Positions 1 to 9,709 are shown, counted from the stretch's first letter. The stretch: DNA of 64,000 nt from Candidatus Woesearchaeota archaeon (GCA_023898365.1 CP060219.1:133743-197742), one strand, 5' to 3'. The notes: generated by a model not told the origin, from the letters alone. Made by a program: numbers and translations.

Positions 1-3
1 GTC

Positions 4-1212
4 ATGGCAACGTACGCGTTTGATAAGATCAGCGAAGGAGAGGAGATCTTAACTATTCGTTTTAAGCGGTTTTACACATTCACCCTCGCAAAAGATCGCC
101 TGCTGACCCTCGGATCATATCATATCAAAGATAACGCCCTTGTGTTCCCTGATCTTTCTGAGAAAGCGTTCTGGAATAAGTTTCGTTTTGTTCTTCAAGA
201 AGGGATGAGCACACTTACCAGCAATCTTACTGGGAAAAAAGTCATCTATCTTGATGAAGATCTTGGCGTCCCTCTTCTTGGCACCAACGAATTCGGCATT
301 ATTGATAGGGGTTCGAACATTATCGAAATTAAACCGAACACGGGATGTAATCTTAACTGCACGTTTTGTTCAGTAAGTGAAGGCATCAACAAAAAAGACT
401 ATGATTATCTTGTTGATCCTGATTTTTTGCTTAGAGAACTTGAGCCAGTGGTCGCTCTCAAAAAACATCCTGTTGAAATCAATATTGGCCCCCAAGGAGA
501 ACCGTTGTTGTACCCTGATCTTGTTTCGCTGATCAAGGGCCTTAAAGAGATTGCGAACATTGCAACAATAAGTATGAATTCCAACGGGGTCTTGCTCACC
601 AAACAACTTATCGATGAGTTAGCTCACGCAGGTCTTGATCGCATTAATCTTTCCCTGCACACACTTGATGAAACCCTTGCCAAAAAGATTATGGGAAACA
701 AAGCATACAGCGTTACCCATCTTGTTGAACAAATAAACTATTGTAAAGGAAAGATTGCAGTCCTCTTTGCTCCTGTGATGATTAAAGGCGTTAATGAAGA
801 GTTAAAAGATGTTGTAGAACTAAGCAAAGAATTTTCTTCGCCGTTTCCAAAAATGGGCATTCAAAACTACCTCCACTATAAAGGAGGCAGGATTATTGCT
901 AAAGAAATGCAGTGGGACGATTTTTTTAATCGTATCAAAGCGCTTGAGAATGAAACGGGAGAGCAACTCATGCTCAAAACTGACGCCAATCCGTTCCATA
1001 TTTTTCCAGAACAAACATTACCTAAGCCCTTCTTGAAAGGAGAAGTAATCACTGCTGACATAAAGATGCCTGGCAGATTTTCTCGTGATAAAATAGCTGT
1101 TGCTAAGGATCGCGCAATCACCATTCGTAATTGTCCACAAGAAAAAGGATCGATTAAGATCAAGCTCATTCGAGACAAGCACAATATCTTTTCAGGCGTG
1201 CCTTTACGGTAA
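4..1212 (+). CDS. Radical SAM protein (archaeal COG2100-like), possible C-terminal TRAM-like barrel
   Basis: 402-aa ORF with ATG at 4. It carries the CxxxCxxC cluster motif 'GCNLNCTFCSV'. Assignment beyond the radical SAM superfamily is from memory of domain order only. Confidence 0.8.
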   Translation: MATYAFDKISEGEEILTIRFKRFYTFTLAKDRLLTLGSYHIKDNALVFPDLSEKAFWNKFRFVLQEGMSTLTSNLTGKKVIYLDEDLGVPLLGTNEFGIIDRGSNIIEIKPNTGCNLNCTFCSVSEGINKKDYDYLVDPDFLLRELEPVVALKKHPVEINIGPQGEPLLYPDLVSLIKGLKEIANIATISMNSNGVLLTKQLIDELAHAGLDRINLSLHTLDETLAKKIMGNKAYSVTHLVEQINYCKGKIAVLFAPVMIKGVNEELKDVVELSKEFSSPFPKMGIQNYLHYKGGRIIAKEMQWDDFFNRIKALENETGEQLMLKTDANPFHIFPEQTLPKPFLKGEVITADIKMPGRFSRDKIAVAKDRAITIRNCPQEKGSIKIKLIRDKHNIFSGVPLR

Positions 1213-1326
1213 GAATCGTTCTTAAGAAAACACCTGCACAGTTGTTATCCGCGACTAGGATATTTATCGCACAGAAATTTCAAATCCAAAGCTAGTTCTC
1301 ATAACAAATTAAGAAAACGAGAAGAG

Positions 1327-1356
1327 AAAAAGAATAAAAAAAATAAGAAAAAAAAT
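1327..1356 (-). terminator. Oligo-T terminator tract downstream of the S-layer-like gene
   Basis: On the minus strand, two T8 runs (plus-strand A runs at 1336-1343 and 1348-1355) lie 12-35 nt after the stop at 1368. Archaeal termination is known to use oligo-T. Confidence 0.4.
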
Positions 1357-1367
1357 CAGCTTTCGAC

Positions 1368-3563
1368 TTATGCTTCGTCACCAGTGGTGTCATCTTCTTC
1401 TTCTGCTGCAGGTGCAACATAAGGTGCGATGACTGGTGTGTCAGAACCATCTTGTAAGGAAACCATAACTTCGCTTCCAACAAGTTGTCCTGCGTACATG
1501 TCGTAGTTTGCAAGCGTTTGAGCTGCAAGCAAGGTGTCTTCTGCAGTATAACCTGCAACAAGAACTGCATTTTGAGTTCCGAAGAGCTTAATGCGTCCTA
1601 CACCTTGTTCAAAGCCTTCAACACAGTTAGCTGCTGTTACGCCAAGAAGGTCACGTGCAACAGTGTTTGCACATGGTCCGCCGACGACAAGCAAGTTTGT
1701 GTTACCAACAAGGCTTGCTCCAACACTATCCAAGACTCCAAGACCGACTGGGATTTGGTTCACAACATATGAACTTGCATCGCCAGCTGTGGTGGTCACA
1801 GTTGAACCCGACGTCGTAATGATGATGTGGGCTTCGACTTGGTCACTTGGAATGCTAAACTCGACTTTGTCACTATCAAGCTTGTTTTCTGGGTTGTAGA
1901 TAATTGCTCCATACTCAGTTAACAAGTCATAGTCACGAGCACCGATTGCGGTGGTGTCGTAGTACAAGTCCGTTCCGAGATTCTCATCGGTTGCACCAAT
2001 GGTGTAGGTTGCTCCTCGTAATGCATAACGTGCATTGATTCGGATGTTGTCCAATCCACCATCGTCGACAAAGGTGAAGTTACCTTCTGTTGCTCCGTTT
2101 CCAATTGTAACAACGTTAAAGTAATATTTAGCGTCGTTATTTTCAATGTACCACGTTGCAAGATTGTCTTGTGCAAGTGTTGATGCAAGGTCAGTCCAGC
2201 CATCGTCCTCATCGTAGTATGTCACGTTCAAACCATTAGACATGTTGGTTGGATCCGCAAGATACGCTCTGATCTTCTTTGACTGTGTTCCGCCAAGGTT
2301 GAATGCTTGTTCATCAGTTCCCGAAAGAGTAATTTCGAATCCTGGATGTCCCGTATTGTCTTCATCCTTAACTTCCTTTGCATCGACAACAACCTTAAAG
2401 CGATCGTCGTACTTCAAACTGTCGAACGTGACACTCACGTAGTCGTTAGGGAATGGAAGCACTCCACCAACACCGACCATTTCGAAGTAGTCTGCATCAA
2501 GCTCTTCTTCGGTTGCACCAACAACTTCCGACATAGCATTTGTCAACTGAACACCGACACGGTCAAGTGATGCTCCCGCATTGGTATCAATGTTCCAAAC
2601 CCATGGCGCATCTCCGGAATCGTACTCTGTGAAGAGTTCGAAGTCGTCACCGTCGTTTGCAGTCTTACCGCCTGTGTCTTCGCCGATTAATGCTTCAACA
2701 AAGTCGTCTGCATTATCATCTGCGTTGAACAAGGATTCAACTTTAATTTCGATGTCTCCGTAGGTTTCTGTGTTACCAGTGCTGATAACGTCTGAAACGC
2801 CATCTACTTTGATAACTGCGCTGGTGTCTCCAACATTGACAAGCTCAATTTCATGGCCTGCAACAGTAACTGGGTTGTCTCGTGTTAAGATCTCTGTTAC
2901 GGAGTTCTTGTACTTGATTCCCGTTGCAGTAATGTCGATGATTTCGAAAGATTCTCCAAGGAAGTCAAATTCGATGTTGTAATCTTCGTCGTCACTGACA
3001 CCCACACCAACAATTGATGCTTGGTCTGCTGCGTCAACTGCTACATAATATTCGTAGCCAGCTTCATTGACTTGCAAGTATGGATCAGCACCCATATCTT
3101 CTGCTTCAGATGCATAACCTAAGTTATACTGAACTGTCACACCAGAAATGTTCAAATACTCGCCGTAGTCAACGTCCGTGTCGTTGTAGTCGAATTGATC
3201 ATCTGCAAATCCTGCAAGGTCGCCGTCATCTAAGATACCGCTGGTACCGAATTGAACGGATAATGCCTGGCCGAATAAGAGATCTTCAACTTGACCGCCT
3301 TCAACAGTTGTTACACCATCTGTTGATTCATATCCTGTTTTTGCTGCGTACTGTAAGCTCGCCGCAATATCTACTGCGCCGATGACGTCCGAAACTGCTG
3401 CTTCTCCGCCAACAACGATTTTGCCGTTAAATACTCCATCAGTTACGAATGGTTCTGGATAATCTGCCAAACTTGCATATGCTCCCATTGCGGTTGCGCC
3501 AAGCATGACTGCTCCAATGCCAATCGTTCCGATTCGTTTCATAGTTTTTCCCAACTTACTCAT
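1368..3563 (-). CDS. S-layer-like surface protein (MJ0822/S_layer_MJ-like N- and C-terminal signatures)
   Basis: 731 aa with signal peptide 'KRIGTIGIGAVMLGATAMGAYA'. The N-terminal 'LADYPEPFVTDG..IVVGGEAAVSDVIGAVDIAASL' and C-terminal 'LLVVGGPCANTVARDLLG' resemble methanogen-type S-layer proteins. The tail is acidic. GGAGGTG lies just upstream of the ATG. The start could instead be Met8. Confidence 0.7.
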   Translation of the reverse strand: MSKLGKTMKRIGTIGIGAVMLGATAMGAYASLADYPEPFVTDGVFNGKIVVGGEAAVSDVIGAVDIAASLQYAAKTGYESTDGVTTVEGGQVEDLLFGQALSVQFGTSGILDDGDLAGFADDQFDYNDTDVDYGEYLNISGVTVQYNLGYASEAEDMGADPYLQVNEAGYEYYVAVDAADQASIVGVGVSDDEDYNIEFDFLGESFEIIDITATGIKYKNSVTEILTRDNPVTVAGHEIELVNVGDTSAVIKVDGVSDVISTGNTETYGDIEIKVESLFNADDNADDFVEALIGEDTGGKTANDGDDFELFTEYDSGDAPWVWNIDTNAGASLDRVGVQLTNAMSEVVGATEEELDADYFEMVGVGGVLPFPNDYVSVTFDSLKYDDRFKVVVDAKEVKDEDNTGHPGFEITLSGTDEQAFNLGGTQSKKIRAYLADPTNMSNGLNVTYYDEDDGWTDLASTLAQDNLATWYIENNDAKYYFNVVTIGNGATEGNFTFVDDGGLDNIRINARYALRGATYTIGATDENLGTDLYYDTTAIGARDYDLLTEYGAIIYNPENKLDSDKVEFSIPSDQVEAHIIITTSGSTVTTTAGDASSYVVNQIPVGLGVLDSVGASLVGNTNLLVVGGPCANTVARDLLGVTAANCVEGFEQGVGRIKLFGTQNAVLVAGYTAEDTLLAAQTLANYDMYAGQLVGSEVMVSLQDGSDTPVIAPYVAPAAEEEDDTTGDEA

Positions 3564-3936
3564 CTAAACACCTCCGTGTTGGAATGTTTTTTTATTTGTT
3601 TGTCCCATTCGTTGCCGGATGGTTTGCGCTATGGCAAACAACGTGCTTTGTTGCTCACCACAAATTTAAGCCCACCGACACCAAACAGTTCACAATGGTG
3701 ATTGTGCAACCCTTCCAATGTCCAGTTTTATTTATAAACTTTTCGTAGAGGCATAATCTGTTTTCCAAGAAGGGGACGTTTAGAGAGTCCAAAACGCCCA
3801 ATACAGCCAAATAAAACAGTTATTACTCCCGAGTGACCTTCTTGAACATTGGTGCTTTCAAAGGCAATGTTTAAAAACTGAAAGCAAAAAAAAGGCATCA
3901 ATTTAAAAACAAAAATACTGGTAAAAATCATTTTCT

Positions 3937-5718
3937 TCAAGACCGATTCTTTTGAGTTGCATGTCGCTGATCATCAAAAATGTCTGCAACATGATCAAGG
4001 GAAGTTATTGAATCACTGCCTCGATCATCTCGAAGCCGCAAAATTCTTGGAAAACGTAAGGCAAAACCCGCTTCATACGTTGTGCTCTTCTGAATTTCTT
4101 CAAATGCGACTTCAACAACTATGTGGGGAGTCAATCGCACCTCTCGACCGACCTCCTCTAATATATAGGGGCGCAATAACTCAGTCATTTCAGAAAAACT
4201 AACGCCAAGTTCCTCTTTTTCTTTAAGACCAGTACCAACCCGACCTACAGAAACATACTCCCCATCGAATGTTCTGCACGCAAGAAGAAAAGACGTAAGC
4301 CAACCACTGCGCTTACCTTCACCCCATTCAGCTCCAACAATAACCAAGTCAAACGTTTCAAGCGTTGGCTTCATTTTCACCATGTGACCAACACGCTTGC
4401 CTAGGGCATACGGCGAAGACAAATTCTTAAACATGACTCCTTCGTTGCCTGCACCAAGTGAACGTTCATAAAATTCTTGCGCTTCTTGCTCTGAGGATAT
4501 AATTTTTCTTGTTGCAAGTTCAAGTTCATGCGGTAAAGGAACAAGTAACTTTTCCAATGCTGCTCGCCGATGTTCGTTTGACTCATCTAATAAGGTGACC
4601 CCATCAGCAAACAACGCATCAAAAACAACGAACACACAAGGAAGTTTTTTTGCAAGTTCGTCAATACGATACTTTCGTCGTATGCGCTGAGAAACAAATT
4701 GAAAAGGAAGGTACTTCTTTGTTTTGGGATCAATACCTACAGCCTCACCATCAAGAATGAACTCTTTTGCCGCAACTCCCTTATTTAAGGCAGCGACAAC
4801 TTCAGGAAATTGATTGGTGACCAATTCAAGTTTTCTTGTATACAAAGAAATGACGCCATTCACTTTATGAGCAAGAATACGAAACCCATCATATTTATAT
4901 TCAATCGCAGCAGGAACGCCAACTGTTTTGAGTGCTTGCTCGATTGTTTCCATTTTTGGGCCCAGCATGACACGAATAGGACTTCCAGGAACTAAGCGTA
5001 TTTTTTCTAACCCTTCTAATCCTTCAGTCTTTGCAATATAACAGACAAGAGCAAGATCGCCAGAAAGATCTATTGCGCGTTGCACAGCTGAAACGCGAAC
5101 GACATATTGTTCTCGGTCATTATATTTTCCCTCATCAACGCCCTCGTCTTGTTCAAACATGCCATCTTGATCAAGGAACGCGCGCACAATCGCATCGCGA
5201 AGCGTACCTTCGGCAACACCAACTCGTAATTCTTCTAAAACACCCCGCACCAAATACTTTGCCTCAAGCGGAGTGGCGCTTGAAAGGAGACGAGAAAAGA
5301 GCTTGACTTTTTGAGAAACAGATCCTTCGCCCGTGTACGAGGCTATTTTTCTAAAAGAAGAAAAGACTTCATCAACAGAAAGAGGTGAAGAAAAGAGGAC
5401 GTTTTGCTTTTTTTTATGCAGTAATTCTTCAGCAACTAGACCTAAATCGCCAAGGGATCTCCAACGTTCTTCGATTTCTTTTTCTGAAAAGCCAGCTGAG
5501 ATCGCGATTGATTTAATGACCAACCTCGTGGAATAGCCAATTTTTGCTTCATCTGCTTGAGAAAATACTTTGCCCTGAAGTAATAAGATAAGCTCAAGTG
5601 CGTCTTGCTTTGTCGTCACTCCTTTTTTCAAGAGCGTCGCAATAAGTGCTGCTTTTTTCAGCGAACTTGGCTCTGCAACAAGCGAGTCATATACGGCAGC
5701 AAGGTCGATGTATTGCAT
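3937..5718 (-). CDS. lig: ATP-dependent DNA ligase
   Basis: 593 aa with adenylation motif I 'EYKYDGFRILAH'. Length and overall pattern fit archaeal/eukaryotic-type ligase I. Confidence 0.95.
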   Translation of the reverse strand: MQYIDLAAVYDSLVAEPSSLKKAALIATLLKKGVTTKQDALELILLLQGKVFSQADEAKIGYSTRLVIKSIAISAGFSEKEIEERWRSLGDLGLVAEELLHKKKQNVLFSSPLSVDEVFSSFRKIASYTGEGSVSQKVKLFSRLLSSATPLEAKYLVRGVLEELRVGVAEGTLRDAIVRAFLDQDGMFEQDEGVDEGKYNDREQYVVRVSAVQRAIDLSGDLALVCYIAKTEGLEGLEKIRLVPGSPIRVMLGPKMETIEQALKTVGVPAAIEYKYDGFRILAHKVNGVISLYTRKLELVTNQFPEVVAALNKGVAAKEFILDGEAVGIDPKTKKYLPFQFVSQRIRRKYRIDELAKKLPCVFVVFDALFADGVTLLDESNEHRRAALEKLLVPLPHELELATRKIISSEQEAQEFYERSLGAGNEGVMFKNLSSPYALGKRVGHMVKMKPTLETFDLVIVGAEWGEGKRSGWLTSFLLACRTFDGEYVSVGRVGTGLKEKEELGVSFSEMTELLRPYILEEVGREVRLTPHIVVEVAFEEIQKSTTYEAGFALRFPRILRLRDDRGSDSITSLDHVADIFDDQRHATQKNRS

Positions 5719-5753
5719 ATCCTTTCGTACGGGCGTGACGTTTAAAAAACTAT

Positions 5754-6821
5754 TTACGAACGCGATATTCCTTCAGCCCATAGTCGGTCAAATTCGTTCT
5801 GAAATGCAGAAATAAGCGAAGCATCTTGAGAAATGAGCAAGAGCTCGTTGTTTGTTTCATAACCACCACGTGTAGGATTTGCACTCCCTGCAATAAGCGT
5901 TTGATTCCCAATTATGAAGACTTTGTGATGCATCGTCTGAGGATTGCTATCTGTGCGCACCAGTAAGCGAGTGTCGTCAGGGACTAAATATGCCATGCGC
6001 TTTTCCACAAGAAGCCTTACGTTGCTTGTGGGCAAGAGACTTGCGTAAAGGTCGTTGCGAGACGTGACAAACTGCATCGCATCAACCTGCGGAGCAGAAG
6101 TCAGTGCTTTACGAACAAGGTCAGAGCAGGAGTCGTACGGACAATGATAAAAAATAATTGGAAAATTTGAGAACGGCTTATGGTGAAATAAGAGATTGTT
6201 TGAGTAAAATAATTCTGTAAATACTTGTGCAATGAAATGATCATGAATCACAAACACGTTGTTATTATTTAATTCAAGTCCGTTTCTTGTTGGATTTGCA
6301 CTCCCAACAAGGACAAGGTCAGTATCAATCACACAATATTTCACATGATCAATGCCTGCATGATACGAAGGGAGTGCAGATAAAGAATCTTTGCTTAGAG
6401 ATATTTTGTGCGCGTTCTCTTGTTCGACAAGAACAGTAACGGCAATCTCTTGTTGTTTGCGAGCAAGCAATGCGATAAGCGCGGGATGGGTGAAATCATA
6501 AAATGAACAAAGAATTTGTTCGCGCGCTCCCATGAATGCATCGAGAAAGAGTTGGGTGCAAGGAGCTTCAGGGCAAAAATGAACAGAAATTGTTGCAGTG
6601 GGGGTGCGAGAGGTGTGTAAAGCAAATTCATTCATTGCAAACCACGCAAGAAGTTTTCTTATAACAAGATCAAGCGAATCAAAAACAGATCGCTCTTGAA
6701 CAAGTACCGGTTCAGTGCCAAGAATTGTATTTGTTAGTTGCTTAACGCAAGAAAGCAACAGCACAAGCAAAAAAAGAAAGAACAAAAACTTGACAAGAAC
6801 CACAACAAGTCGACGTAACAT
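5754..6821 (-). CDS. Membrane-anchored phospholipase D-family protein with two HKD motifs
   Basis: 355 aa with N-terminal TM 'VVVLVKFLFFLFLLVLLLSCV'. The two HKD motifs are 'HVKYCVIDTDLVLVGSANPT' and 'HHKVFIIGNQTLIAGSANPT' (Asp replaced by Gly in the second). Confidence 0.8.
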   Translation of the reverse strand: MLRRLVVVLVKFLFFLFLLVLLLSCVKQLTNTILGTEPVLVQERSVFDSLDLVIRKLLAWFAMNEFALHTSRTPTATISVHFCPEAPCTQLFLDAFMGAREQILCSFYDFTHPALIALLARKQQEIAVTVLVEQENAHKISLSKDSLSALPSYHAGIDHVKYCVIDTDLVLVGSANPTRNGLELNNNNVFVIHDHFIAQVFTELFYSNNLLFHHKPFSNFPIIFYHCPYDSCSDLVRKALTSAPQVDAMQFVTSRNDLYASLLPTSNVRLLVEKRMAYLVPDDTRLLVRTDSNPQTMHHKVFIIGNQTLIAGSANPTRGGYETNNELLLISQDASLISAFQNEFDRLWAEGISRS

Positions 6822-6947
6822 AAAAAACTAGTAACTTGATTCGCTAAAAAACTAGCTAAAAGAAAGCAAAAAATGTTTCGAAAGTTCCTGGAAACTAGTA
6901 GTTTTCTGCAAAACCTTTTTATACAGAGGCGCAGTAATAAGCATCAG

Positions 6948-8270
6948 ATGAAAGAAAGCAAAAAACAATCTCAATCTAAGGCAGCGTATACCAAGATGCA
7001 TAAGAATGAAGTGACCGTTCAACTCACAGATAAGCAAAGCGTTGAAGGAAAACTCATTACAGAAAATGAAACAACCATCACACTCAAACTTTCTTCAGGC
7101 TACAATCAACTACTCTTGAAAAAACGCATAAAATCAATTACTCAAAAAAATAAGACAACGACAGGAAAAAAAGCAACCGAGGAAAAAAAGAAACAAACCA
7201 CTAAGAAAAAAGAACAAGGGTGGAACGATGCCATTGTCATTCTCAATGTTGGAGGCACCATTGCGTGCAAAATAGATTATGCCACGGGCGCAGTCGTTGC
7301 GCAAACAGAACCTGATGAGCTCACTAGCACCATTCCTGAATTACAAGACTATGCGCCGATTGCGACAAAAAGTCTTTCAAATATGCAATCTGATGATATC
7401 AGACTTCAAGATATTAATGCAATTGTTAAAGCCATCGAAGAATGTGTCAACAAAGGTGCGAGAGGAGTTATTGTCACGCATGGAACTGATTTTCTCCATT
7501 ACAGTGCATCAGGAGTGAGTTTTGCACTTGAGCATCCACCCATTCCAGTTATTTTTGTCGGTTCACAGCGCTCATCAGATCGACCATCATCCGATGCAGC
7601 AATCAACGTCATTAATGCAGCATATACAATAAGAAACAGTTCGTTTACAGGAGTTGCCCTGTGCATGCATAAAAATGCTGACGACGGGACAAATACGTTG
7701 TTTAATCCCCAGCAATGTATGAAGCTTCACACGTCTCGCAGAGATGCATTTAAACAAATCAATGCCGCTCCACTTGGGGAAGTCAATGCAGAACAGAATC
7801 ATCTTGTTTTGTTCCATAATGTAATGAATGAAACAAAACCATTCAAAGCGTATCACTATAATGAAAACTTGCGCATTGGTCTTGTCAAAGCACATCCACA
7901 TATGTTTGTTGAAGAATTTTTACATCTCAACAAGTTCGATGCAGCGATTTTCGAAGCAAGCGGACTGGGACATTTTCCCATTTCTATCCACAAAGAAAAT
8001 GAAAAAATTCGAGCCGCCCTTGCAAAACTATCCTGTAAGAAAGTACTCACTGCACAAACTATTTGGGGCAGGATCAATCTTAATGTTTATTCCCCGCAAC
8101 GGATTTTAAAAGAAATGGGATTTCTGGGACATAACCTTAATGTACCAACCCATGCAGCATTTATGAAGATAGCTTTTCTTCTCAGTAACTTTCCTGAAGA
8201 TGTTGATGAACTCTATGAAATTAATCTTCGCGGAGAACTAACTGAGCGAACAGAAAATGTTACAGATTGA
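6948..8270 (+). CDS. gatD: Glutamyl-tRNA(Gln) amidotransferase subunit D
   Basis: Asparaginase-type motifs 'NVGGTIACKIDYATGAV' and 'VIVTHGTDFLHYS'. A Lys-rich linker 'KNKTTTGKKATEEKKKQTTKKKEQ' follows the small N-terminal domain. The maximal ORF starts at 6873. I prefer the ATG at 6948 because TATA-like TTTTTATACA (6916-6925) is centred about 27 nt upstream. Confidence 0.9.
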   Translation: MKESKKQSQSKAAYTKMHKNEVTVQLTDKQSVEGKLITENETTITLKLSSGYNQLLLKKRIKSITQKNKTTTGKKATEEKKKQTTKKKEQGWNDAIVILNVGGTIACKIDYATGAVVAQTEPDELTSTIPELQDYAPIATKSLSNMQSDDIRLQDINAIVKAIEECVNKGARGVIVTHGTDFLHYSASGVSFALEHPPIPVIFVGSQRSSDRPSSDAAINVINAAYTIRNSSFTGVALCMHKNADDGTNTLFNPQQCMKLHTSRRDAFKQINAAPLGEVNAEQNHLVLFHNVMNETKPFKAYHYNENLRIGLVKAHPHMFVEEFLHLNKFDAAIFEASGLGHFPISIHKENEKIRAALAKLSCKKVLTAQTIWGRINLNVYSPQRILKEMGFLGHNLNVPTHAAFMKIAFLLSNFPEDVDELYEINLRGELTERTENVTD

Positions 8271-9303
8271 TGGAAGCAGTGGTGGCGGGAGCGTCATCAG
8301 ACTTGCTTTGGCACTTTCTAGTATTACAGGAAAAGAATTTTCGGTGACCAACATTCGAGCTTCTCGACCCAATCCGGGTCTTGCCATGCAGCATCTGATG
8401 GCAGTCAACGCGTTTGCCCGCATTAGCAATGCTAAAGTTGTTGGCAACACCAAAGGGAGCCGCGAACTAACATTTTCTCCAGGTACTATTCAAAAAAATA
8501 AATTGTTCATTGATGTGCAAACCGCAGGATCGTTAAGTCTTATCATTGAAGCTCTTCTTCCTTGGTTTGTTGCAACAAAACAACCTCTTGATCTTGAGTT
8601 AATTGGAGGCACGAATGTACCCTGGAGCCCTCCCGTTGATACGCTTCAACTGGTTCTCTTCCCCCTCCTCTACAAATATGGCACGTTCACAGCTACCATA
8701 GGAAGACGTGGTTTTTATCCAAAAGGAAAAGGACAAGTAAGATTTTCGTACAGACCAGGAGAGCAAATACCCTATCGTGCAATTCGTCTTACAAAAAAAC
8801 AAGAACTCCATCATGTTAAAGGAATTCTTATTACCACAGAAAAGGATTTGCGTTTTGCAACTGCAATCCACTCTGCGCTTTCTCAAGTACACGAAACAAG
8901 CGACCTTGAAACATTGCAAGTGACTGCTGCAAGCGAAGGAACACAACTCATCTTACTCGCGTATTATGGTGACGACACCGGTTATGACCCCTTTCGTCCA
9001 ATGATTTTATCTGCAGACTGTTTGCTTGAAAAAAATCCTGAACAAACAACACAAGAAACAATTGCTCGTTTCAAAACATTACTTTCAAGCGCTGCGTGTG
9101 TCGATGAACAAACGGCTGATCAGCTTCTTCCCTATCTGGGATTATTTGGTGGCGAACTTATCACAACGGAGCTTACCAATCATTTGACTATTGCCTGCGA
9201 GCTTCTTTCGCTCTTTTTGGAAATCGATATAAGCGCCCAGCAGGGAAAAATTCTGGTCAAAGAAGGATTTATAGAAAAGGAAGCCAAAAAACAACCTTTA
9301 TAA
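8257..9303 (+). CDS. rtcA: RNA 3'-terminal phosphate cyclase
   Basis: 348 aa. The N-terminus 'MLQIDGSSGGGSVIRLALALSSITGKEFSVTNIRASRPNPGLAMQHL' is typical RtcA. It overlaps gatD by 14 nt. Confidence 0.9.
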   Translation: MLQIDGSSGGGSVIRLALALSSITGKEFSVTNIRASRPNPGLAMQHLMAVNAFARISNAKVVGNTKGSRELTFSPGTIQKNKLFIDVQTAGSLSLIIEALLPWFVATKQPLDLELIGGTNVPWSPPVDTLQLVLFPLLYKYGTFTATIGRRGFYPKGKGQVRFSYRPGEQIPYRAIRLTKKQELHHVKGILITTEKDLRFATAIHSALSQVHETSDLETLQVTAASEGTQLILLAYYGDDTGYDPFRPMILSADCLLEKNPEQTTQETIARFKTLLSSAACVDEQTADQLLPYLGLFGGELITTELTNHLTIACELLSLFLEIDISAQQGKILVKEGFIEKEAKKQPL

Positions 9304-9333
9304 AGCATTTGGCGTTTCTCCCAAGTATCACGC

Positions 9334-9440
9334 GGGGCTATGGGGTAATCTGGTTATCCTTTTCGGTTTGGGACCGAACGATCCCGGTTCGAAGGCTTTA
9401 ATTCAGGTTCCTGAAAGGCGCGAAAGTCCGGGTAGCCCCA
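9334..9440 (+). tRNA. tRNA-Pro (anticodon UGG) with a 33-nt intron in the T-loop; no encoded CCA
   Basis: I folded it by hand. Acceptor GGGGCTA/TAGCCCC. U8, A14, G18G19 and A21 are present. Anticodon stem TTCGG/CCGAA with loop TTTGGGA (U33, G37). T-stem CCCGG/CCGGG (G53-C61). The T-loop TTCGAA...T is interrupted. Mature length would be 74 nt. Confidence 0.85.
9394..9426 (+). other. Non-canonical tRNA intron at position 59/60 (relaxed bulge-helix-bulge)
   Basis: A 4-bp helix TTCG(9388-9391)/CGAA(9421-9424) is flanked by 3-nt bulges AAG (9392-9394) and AGT (9425-9427) on opposite strands. Cutting after the second bulge nucleotide restores T-loop TTCGAAT. The inner helix is GCTTT/AAGGC with one extra G. 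Confidence 0.7.
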
Positions 9441-9455
9441 CTTTATGTTGGGAAA

Positions 9456-9707
9456 ATGGCAAAAAAAAGTATGTACGGTTCAGTGAAGCGGTTTGGTCCA
9501 CGATATGGTCGAACAGTCAAGAACAAACTTGGAAAGATTGAGCACGAACAGCGCAAACTCCATGAATGTCCAAAATGCTTACGCCCTGCGGCGAAGCGAG
9601 ATTCTGTAGGCATCTGGATCTGCACCAAGTGCGGAAATAAATTTGCAAGCAAAGCATACACGGTCGCAAAACCTGCCTTGCTTAAACAAAATGCACAAGA
9701 GGTATGA
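9456..9707 (+). CDS. rpl37ae: Ribosomal protein eL43 (L37Ae)
   Basis: 83 aa. 'MYGSVKRFGPRYGRTVKNKL' plus zinc ribbon 'CPKC...CTKCG'. Confidence 0.95.
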   Translation: MAKKSMYGSVKRFGPRYGRTVKNKLGKIEHEQRKLHECPKCLRPAAKRDSVGIWICTKCGNKFASKAYTVAKPALLKQNAQEV

Positions 9708-9709
9708 TC

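Noticed and set aside
1485-3385. Multiple 60-100-aa plus-strand ORFs (1485-1772, 1591-1899, 2242-2442, 2307-2570, 2581-2763, 2770-2982, 3080-3385).
   Set aside because: All lie antisense within the 731-aa S-layer-like gene. They have low-complexity, shadow-frame composition and no start context.
3728-3940. 70-aa minus-strand ORF between the ligase and the S-layer-like gene.
   Set aside because: It overlaps the ligase stop and covers the likely S-layer promoter/TATA region. It is hydrophobic and low-complexity, with no ribosome-binding or promoter context of its own.
6873-6947. N-terminal 25-aa extension of GatD in the maximal ORF.
   Set aside because: It would leave only 51 bp for two divergent promoters. 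A well-spaced TATA-like box supports the ATG at 6948 instead.
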